64,000 nt of DNA. It comes from an uncultured Candidatus Binatia bacterium. GTDB lineage: Bacteria > Desulfobacterota > Binatia > Bin18. Under the pieces are notes generated by a model. It saw only the letters and a list, made by a program, of their open reading frames with translations, ran no database searches and had not been told where the DNA came from. Shown piece by piece: positions 58,444 through 64,000 of this stretch. Positions within the stretch are counted from its first letter, which is position 1. Each line of letters begins with the position of its first letter. The DNA lies in assembly GCA_965214605.1 (NCBI GenBank), contig OZ243961.1:3360001-3424000 (forward strand), in the 5' to 3' direction. The position numbers and the translations under genes are program-made.

Positions 58444-59367
58444 GTGTCCGCAGTGAAGCCGCTACGCAAACCTCCTCGGCTGCGACCCGGTGATTGTATC
58501 GGTGTCATTTCTCCGGCCGCTGGGGTGGACGCGGAACAGCTCCGGCGGGGCTGTCAAGCCTTGGAAGAGCTAGGGTTTGTCGTCCGGCGCGGCAAGCATG
58601 TCCTGGACCGCCACCGCTTCTTAGCCGGGACGGATACGCAGCGTGCCCAAGAGTTGGTGGAGATGTTTGGGGACCCCACGGTTGGGGCAATCTTTTGTTC
58701 GCGGGCTGGCTATGGCAGCGGGCGATTGTTGCCGTGGCTTGATTTTCGGCGTTTGGCCCCAAAGATTTTTCTCGGCTATAGCGATGTGACGCTGTTGCTG
58801 AACGCCTTTATCCAACGGGCGGGTTTTGTCTGTTTTCACGGTCCCTTGGTAGCACACGAGTTTGCCAACGGTTTATCGTCCCGCTCTCAATCCCATCTGA
58901 TACGCCTACTCAGCCAGGGGACCGGTCAAGAGTGTCTGCTGTTTCCCACGGTTGTCCGGCCAGGCGTGGCCGAAGGGCGGTTGCTGGGGGGCTGTCTATC
59001 CACTCTGACGGCGACACTCGGCACGCCGTTTGCGGTCGATACAAGGGCGTGTGTGTTGTTTCTTGAGGACGTTGGCGAGCGGCCGTATCGGGTGGACCGG
59101 ATGTTAACCCAGCTTAAACAGGCGGGTCGGCTTGAACGGCTAGCGGGGGTGATCTTCGGCCAGATGAGCCGCTGCTGGGAAGAGGAAGGCGAGTCTGGTC
59201 CACTGCTGGCCGTTATTGAGGATATTTTTGCCGACTACGCCTATCCGGTCGGGTTTGGACTGCCGGCCGGACACGGGGGAGAGAATTTTGTCCTCCCGCT
59301 CGGAACGTGGGTTTGCCTTGATACAGAGCGGCAGGAGTTGCGGTTTTTGGAGCGGGCGGTGGTCTGA
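58444..59367 (+). CDS. ldcA: LD-carboxypeptidase (peptidase S66)
   Basis: RAGYGS, GYSDVT, FLEDVGE, AGHG. Confidence 0.9.
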   Translation: MSAVKPLRKPPRLRPGDCIGVISPAAGVDAEQLRRGCQALEELGFVVRRGKHVLDRHRFLAGTDTQRAQELVEMFGDPTVGAIFCSRAGYGSGRLLPWLDFRRLAPKIFLGYSDVTLLLNAFIQRAGFVCFHGPLVAHEFANGLSSRSQSHLIRLLSQGTGQECLLFPTVVRPGVAEGRLLGGCLSTLTATLGTPFAVDTRACVLFLEDVGERPYRVDRMLTQLKQAGRLERLAGVIFGQMSRCWEEEGESGPLLAVIEDIFADYAYPVGFGLPAGHGGENFVLPLGTWVCLDTERQELRFLERAVV

Positions 59368-59417
59368 GGGGGGGACACCCTTCGTGCCGGAGCGGCTCCA
59401 ATCTCATAGGGTGTGGG

Positions 59418-60539
59418 GTGGATTTTTCTGCGGTTGATAGACTGCTAGAAGGCGCGCTCCGGCAGGCCGTTTTCCCCGGCGCTGCACTATTGGTGAAACA
59501 GGCGGGTGCGGTCGTCTATCGTCGGGCGTGTGGGTTTCGGTGTCTTGAGCCACGCCCCGTTCCTCTGACCGCCGAGACCCGGTTTGATCTTGCGTCGCTT
59601 ACCAAATCGTTGGCGACAAGCCTGGCCGTCTTCCTCTTAATCATCCAGCGGAAGCTCCGTTTTGACGTCCCGGTCAGCAGCTTCCTGCCCGATTTTCGGG
59701 GTGGAGAAAAAGACCGGGTAACAATCCGTCAGCTGCTGAGCCACACGTCTGGTCTGCCGGCCTGGCGCCCCTACTTTGCGGCTCTCAGCGGCCCGGAACA
59801 CCGCGCCGACATAGCTACCCGTCTGGCGCGCGAGTGGGTATACGGCCAAATCCAACGCGAACCGCTCGACGCCGCACCTGGCGAGCGGGTGGTCTATAGC
59901 GACCTCGGCTTTATGTTGCTCGGCGCTCTTGTTGAACGGCTGAGTGGACGAACTCTCGATGCCTACTGTCAGCGGTATATTTTCGCTCCTCTGGGGCTAC
60001 ACTCCACGACCTTCGCGAATCTGGACAACTCCGACCAGGCTGCTCTTTTTTTGGCACACGACTGTGCCGCAACCGAATGGTGTCCGTGGCGGGGGCGGGT
60101 TGTATGCGGGCAGGTGCACGACGAGAATGCCTACGCCATGGGCGGGGTGGCGGGCCATGCCGGAGTGTTTTCAACGCTGGATGATGTAGATCGTTTGGTC
60201 AGCTGCTTGGTAGACAGTTATCATGGCCGGCGTGCTTTTCTGCCCGCCGGACTGCTCCACGAGTGCTGGACGCGTGACGGACGGGTCCCTGGCTCGAGCT
60301 GGGCGCTCGGTTGGGACACTCCGTCGGCCCAGGGCTCAAGTGCCGGCGAGCTGTTCTCTGCTCACTCGGTCGGCCACCTCGGGTTTACCGGAACCTCGGT
60401 CTGGATAGATCTGGAACGTGAGGTCCATGTTATCCTCCTTACCAACCGGGTTCATCCCAGCCGGGACAATACTGCTATCCGATCTTTCCGCCCGCGCTTG
60501 CACGATGCCGTGATGCGAGCCGTGTTGGGAAAAAAATGA
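59418..60539 (+). CDS. Serine hydrolase, beta-lactamase family (AmiE/AmpH-like)
   Basis: DLASLTK (SxxK), YSDLG, VHDENA, GHAG, GHLGFTGT. Confidence 0.9.
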   Translation: MDFSAVDRLLEGALRQAVFPGAALLVKQAGAVVYRRACGFRCLEPRPVPLTAETRFDLASLTKSLATSLAVFLLIIQRKLRFDVPVSSFLPDFRGGEKDRVTIRQLLSHTSGLPAWRPYFAALSGPEHRADIATRLAREWVYGQIQREPLDAAPGERVVYSDLGFMLLGALVERLSGRTLDAYCQRYIFAPLGLHSTTFANLDNSDQAALFLAHDCAATEWCPWRGRVVCGQVHDENAYAMGGVAGHAGVFSTLDDVDRLVSCLVDSYHGRRAFLPAGLLHECWTRDGRVPGSSWALGWDTPSAQGSSAGELFSAHSVGHLGFTGTSVWIDLEREVHVILLTNRVHPSRDNTAIRSFRPRLHDAVMRAVLGKK

Positions 60540-60559
60540 TGAAGGCCGAATGCTGAACG

Positions 60560-62017
60560 ATGAATGCAACAACTCCCCAGCCTCTGCCTCCCCCCGCTCA
60601 CATCCACCTGATTGCCGTTGCCGGTGTCGGCATGGCAACCCTGGCTGCTATGCTTAAGGAACGTGGCTATCGGGTAACGGGTTCGGATCATGGGGTCTAC
60701 CCGCCGATGAGTGACTTTCTGGCCCAAGCCGGTATTGCCGTGAGGCTGGGTTATCATGCCTCCAATTTAGATCCTGCTCCCGATCTAGTCGTTGTTGGTA
60801 ATGCGGTGTCGCGTACTAACCCGGAAGTCCACAGACTGCTCGAAACTCAGATTCCATATCTCTCCTTTCCGCAAGCGCTTGCTGAGTTTTTTCTGGCCGA
60901 CAAGCAATCCCTGGTGGTTGCCGGGACACACGGCAAGACAACAACAACGGCTCTGCTGGCCTGGGTGCTAGAACGGGCCGGGCTCCAGCCCAGCTTCTTG
61001 CTCGGCGGGGTCAGTCAGAATTTCGGACGAGGTTATCAACTCGGGGCTGGCGCATACTTTGCGATTGAGGGCGATGAGTACGACTCGGCCTTTTTTGACA
61101 AGGGTCCCAAATTTCTACACTACCGACCCGAGGCGGTGTTGCTCAACGCTGTGGAGTTTGATCATGCCGATATTTACGCCGATTTAGCCCACATCCAGTC
61201 GGCTTTTCGTCGTCTGCTCGCAATTGTTCCGACCACCGCCCCGGTCCTGATCTGCCACGACTTTCCCGCCGCCCTAGAGCTTGCCCACTCCTCTCAGGGC
61301 GAGTATGCCAGCTTTGGATTTCATCCTGAGGCCGACTGGCAAGTCCGGGGCGCTGTTGACGACGGAAGCCGGTTTACCTTCGGCGTGACTTATCACGGTC
61401 GGGAACGCGGCCGCTTTTCCCTGCCTTCGATGGGCCGGATGAACGTGCGCAACGCCCTGGGCGTAATTGCCCTGACCTCCACGCTTGGCCTGTCCGGTGA
61501 GCAGATTGCGCGGGGTCTGAGCAGTTTTAGCGGTGTGGCACGCCGCCAAGAGCTGGTCGGAGAAGCGCACGGTGTGACGATTATTGATGACTTTGCCCAC
61601 CATCCCACCGCGGTCGCGGTAACGATCGAGGCCGTCCGCCTGCGCTATCCCCAGCGACGTTTATGGGCGGTCTTCGAGCCGCGCTCCAACACCTGCCGAC
61701 GGCGTATCTTCCAGCAGCCGCTCACCCGGACTCTAGCCGCCGCCGACCAGGTTGTGATTGGTCCCGTTTTTAGCAAACCCCAAGATCCGCTCGCCACCCA
61801 AGATCTGTTCTCTCCGGCGGAACTCGTCGCGGATCTCCACGGGGCCGCAAAGAGCGCTCATCAGGGACTGAGCGTAGACGAAATTTGCTCCTTTCTGACC
61901 GCCAACTGCCGACCGGGAGACGTGGTGCTGATTATGTCGAACGGGGCGTTTGGCGGACTGCCGCACAAATTGTTGGCCACACTGAGGGAGAAGACAGCGG
62001 ACAAAGGGGATCGATAA
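60560..62017 (+). CDS. mpl: UDP-MurNAc:L-Ala-gamma-D-Glu-mDAP ligase
   Basis: YPPMS, GTHGKTTT, EGDEYDSAFFDK, DDFAHHPTA, MSNGAFGG. Confidence 0.93.
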   Translation: MNATTPQPLPPPAHIHLIAVAGVGMATLAAMLKERGYRVTGSDHGVYPPMSDFLAQAGIAVRLGYHASNLDPAPDLVVVGNAVSRTNPEVHRLLETQIPYLSFPQALAEFFLADKQSLVVAGTHGKTTTTALLAWVLERAGLQPSFLLGGVSQNFGRGYQLGAGAYFAIEGDEYDSAFFDKGPKFLHYRPEAVLLNAVEFDHADIYADLAHIQSAFRRLLAIVPTTAPVLICHDFPAALELAHSSQGEYASFGFHPEADWQVRGAVDDGSRFTFGVTYHGRERGRFSLPSMGRMNVRNALGVIALTSTLGLSGEQIARGLSSFSGVARRQELVGEAHGVTIIDDFAHHPTAVAVTIEAVRLRYPQRRLWAVFEPRSNTCRRRIFQQPLTRTLAAADQVVIGPVFSKPQDPLATQDLFSPAELVADLHGAAKSAHQGLSVDEICSFLTANCRPGDVVLIMSNGAFGGLPHKLLATLREKTADKGDR

Positions 62018-62034
62018 GCCCTCCTACGGTCAAG

Positions 62035-62937
62035 TCAGACACTCTCCGGTCGGGCCTGTTTGCAAAATGCCTCTTCTTCGCTCCGTTCAATCTGTAAGGT
62101 TGCGTGGTCAATACCAAAGCGATCGTGCAGGCAGTGCGAGATCCGGTGCACGAAGCTATCATCGGCCCACAGCTGGGGAACGACCAGATGGACGGTGAGG
62201 GCCACTTCGGTCGTGCTCATCGCCCAGATATGCAGGTCGTGGATTTTTGCTACATCCGGCAGTCCGGTCAGATAGGATTCGACCGCCATTGGATCAATAT
62301 TGTCGGGCACCGAATCAAGGGCCAGATTCACCGAGTCACGGAACAGGCCCAAAGTACTGATCAGAATAATAGCACTAATGACTAGACTGATCGTCGGGTC
62401 CAGCCATAACCAGCCTGTGGTCATGATAGCCATACCCCCAATGACCACTCCTAGCGACACTCCGGCATCGGCCGCCATATGCAGATAGGCGCCCCGAATG
62501 TTCAGATCGCGTTTGCGGTCCGACAGAAACAGCAACGCAGTTGCCCCATTAATCAGTACTCCAACCCCGGCCACCACAATAATCGTGCCACCACTCACCG
62601 GTCGTGGAGCATACAGCCGCCCAAACGCCTCCCAGGCAATAACGCCCAGGGCCATGAGCAACAGGATGGCGCTGAGGAGTGAGGCCAAAATTGTCCCTCG
62701 TCGAAAACCATAGCTACGCCTCGGCGTAGGCTTACGGACGGCCAAGACGTTCGCCCCCCAGGCCAGCAGCAGGCTTAACACATCGCTCAGATTGTGTCCG
62801 GCGTCTGCTACCAACACGAGCGAACCGGTCACCATGCCATACGCCGCTTCAATAATCACAAAGACGACATTGAGCGACACCCCGATGCTAAAGGCCCGGT
62901 TGTAGTTGGAGACTTCGGAGTGATGAGTATGCACCAT
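62035..62937 (-). CDS. Cation diffusion facilitator (CzcD/ZitB-like)
   Basis: ADAGHNLSD, YLHMAAD, HDLHIW, HATLQIE. Confidence 0.92.
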   Translation of the reverse strand: MVHTHHSEVSNYNRAFSIGVSLNVVFVIIEAAYGMVTGSLVLVADAGHNLSDVLSLLLAWGANVLAVRKPTPRRSYGFRRGTILASLLSAILLLMALGVIAWEAFGRLYAPRPVSGGTIIVVAGVGVLINGATALLFLSDRKRDLNIRGAYLHMAADAGVSLGVVIGGMAIMTTGWLWLDPTISLVISAIILISTLGLFRDSVNLALDSVPDNIDPMAVESYLTGLPDVAKIHDLHIWAMSTTEVALTVHLVVPQLWADDSFVHRISHCLHDRFGIDHATLQIERSEEEAFCKQARPESV

Positions 62938-63011
62938 GCCGGCCGCTACGGGACTCTGAGATAAACAGGAGTGCAAAGATGCTCCCGCGTGTGAGCACAG
63001 CTTCGGTCGGG

Positions 63012-63833
63012 TCAGTGGAGTTCCATCCCGCCGTCCACATTCATGGCCTGACCGGTGACATTTTTGGCCGTGGCTAAATACACAGCCAGTTGGCCGATGT
63101 CAGCCGGTGTTTGGGCTCGCCCCATGGGAATGAAGGTCTTGAGATAGCGCTGCCAAGCCTCTTCTTTTGTTTCGTCGCCGTGCTTCATGGTCTCGGCCAG
63201 GTACTCCCACATCTGGGTGCGCAAAATACCGGGGCAAATCGCGTTGACTCGGATGTTGGCCGACGCGAGTTCTTTGGCCAAGGAGTTGGTAAAACCCACC
63301 ACCGCGAACTTCGATCCACAGTAGTGCGATAAGCCTGCCGCTCCGTTCTTACCGGCCACCGAAGCAATATTAATAATACAGCCATCTCCCCGAGCTTTCA
63401 TAACCGGGATGGCGGCCTGGCAGGACAGAAATACGCCTTTGACATTGACGTTGAACGTTAAATCCCATGCCTCTTCGGTCATGCTTTCGACCTCGGTGAT
63501 ATTCACCACACCGGCGTTGCAGACCAAGATGTGGATATCGCCCAGCTGCTCAGCCGTCTCGGCAACCATACGCTGGGCGTCGGCTTTTTTGGTCACGTCG
63601 GCCTGTAGGGCGATTGCCCGTCGGCCCAGGGTTGTGATATCTGTGACGGTCTCTTGGGCTGCGGCTAGCCCACCGACGGCTGTGCTCTGGTACTGCTGGG
63701 CGGTACTACTCAGCTGTTCGATGTCGGCAATCGCCACATCGGCTCCGGCCTCGGCCAGGGCCAGGCTAATCCCTCGTCCAATGCCCCGGCCGCCGCCAGT
63801 GACGAGAGCAACTTTTCCGTTTAATTGTGCCAT
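63012..63833 (-). CDS. SDR family oxidoreductase (acetoin reductase-like)
   Basis: TGGGRGIG, NAG, YCGSKF, VDGG. Confidence 0.9.
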   Translation of the reverse strand: MAQLNGKVALVTGGGRGIGRGISLALAEAGADVAIADIEQLSSTAQQYQSTAVGGLAAAQETVTDITTLGRRAIALQADVTKKADAQRMVAETAEQLGDIHILVCNAGVVNITEVESMTEEAWDLTFNVNVKGVFLSCQAAIPVMKARGDGCIINIASVAGKNGAAGLSHYCGSKFAVVGFTNSLAKELASANIRVNAICPGILRTQMWEYLAETMKHGDETKEEAWQRYLKTFIPMGRAQTPADIGQLAVYLATAKNVTGQAMNVDGGMELH

Positions 63834-63860
63834 GCGGTCTACCTCCTGTGATGTGAGGGC

Positions 63861-64000
63861 TTAAGCCTGTGGGCCCAGCGAGATGACGACATCTGTGGGT
63901 TCGTACAGGCGTCGATAGGTGCGATAAGTGCGGAGCACTTTTTTGACATAATTGCGGGTTTCACGATAGCTGATATTTTCAACAAATTCGTCAGCCTCGG
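63861..64000 (-). CDS. slt: Lytic transglycosylase (Slt-like), C-terminal fragment
   Basis: Manual translation EADEFVENISYRETRNYVKKVLRTYRTYRRLY...* contains the Slt ETRxYV motif. Confidence 0.8.
   Translation of the reverse strand, partial: EADEFVENISYRETRNYVKKVLRTYRTYRRLYEPTDVVISLGPQA

Overview
A GC-rich, gene-dense bacterial chromosome segment with about 55 CDS and 5 tRNAs. I saw no transposase, integrase, prophage or CRISPR array. The gene content (DUF1302/DUF1329-like proteins, amidohydrolase, crotonases, SDRs, limonene epoxide hydrolase) resembles Binatota or other deltaproteobacterial-grade lineages; this is inference only. Housekeeping blocks are gltA, fabI, pyrD, surE-pcm-iscS-mnmA-mtaB-rnc, acnA, gltX with four tRNAs, prkA-yeaH-spoVR, htpG-ispF and thrS-ldcA-serine hydrolase-mpl. 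Five signals stand out. (1) A hidden selenoprotein: a DsbA/FrnE-family gene at 17892-18509 has an in-frame TGA in its redox motif (U-P-W-C) and a SECIS-like hairpin, and the ORF track truncates it. (2) A ~15 kb envelope locus (27.7-42.6 kb) combines a Cys-rich DUF1302-like outer-membrane protein, a DUF1329-like periplasmic protein, a YCF48-like lipoprotein, an MMPL/RND transporter, a GldAFG-like ABC system, a DsbA and a divergent Skp. (3) Two sigma70 promoters are each followed by a GGA-dense non-coding leader (13.74-13.99 kb and 33.87-34.08 kb), suggestive of Csr/Rsm-type RNA control. (4) Two direct-repeat regulatory elements flank the second dsbA. (5) A second, Lol-like ABC/beta-barrel cluster lies at 19.2-24.5 kb. 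All product calls come from motif recognition, without database searches.
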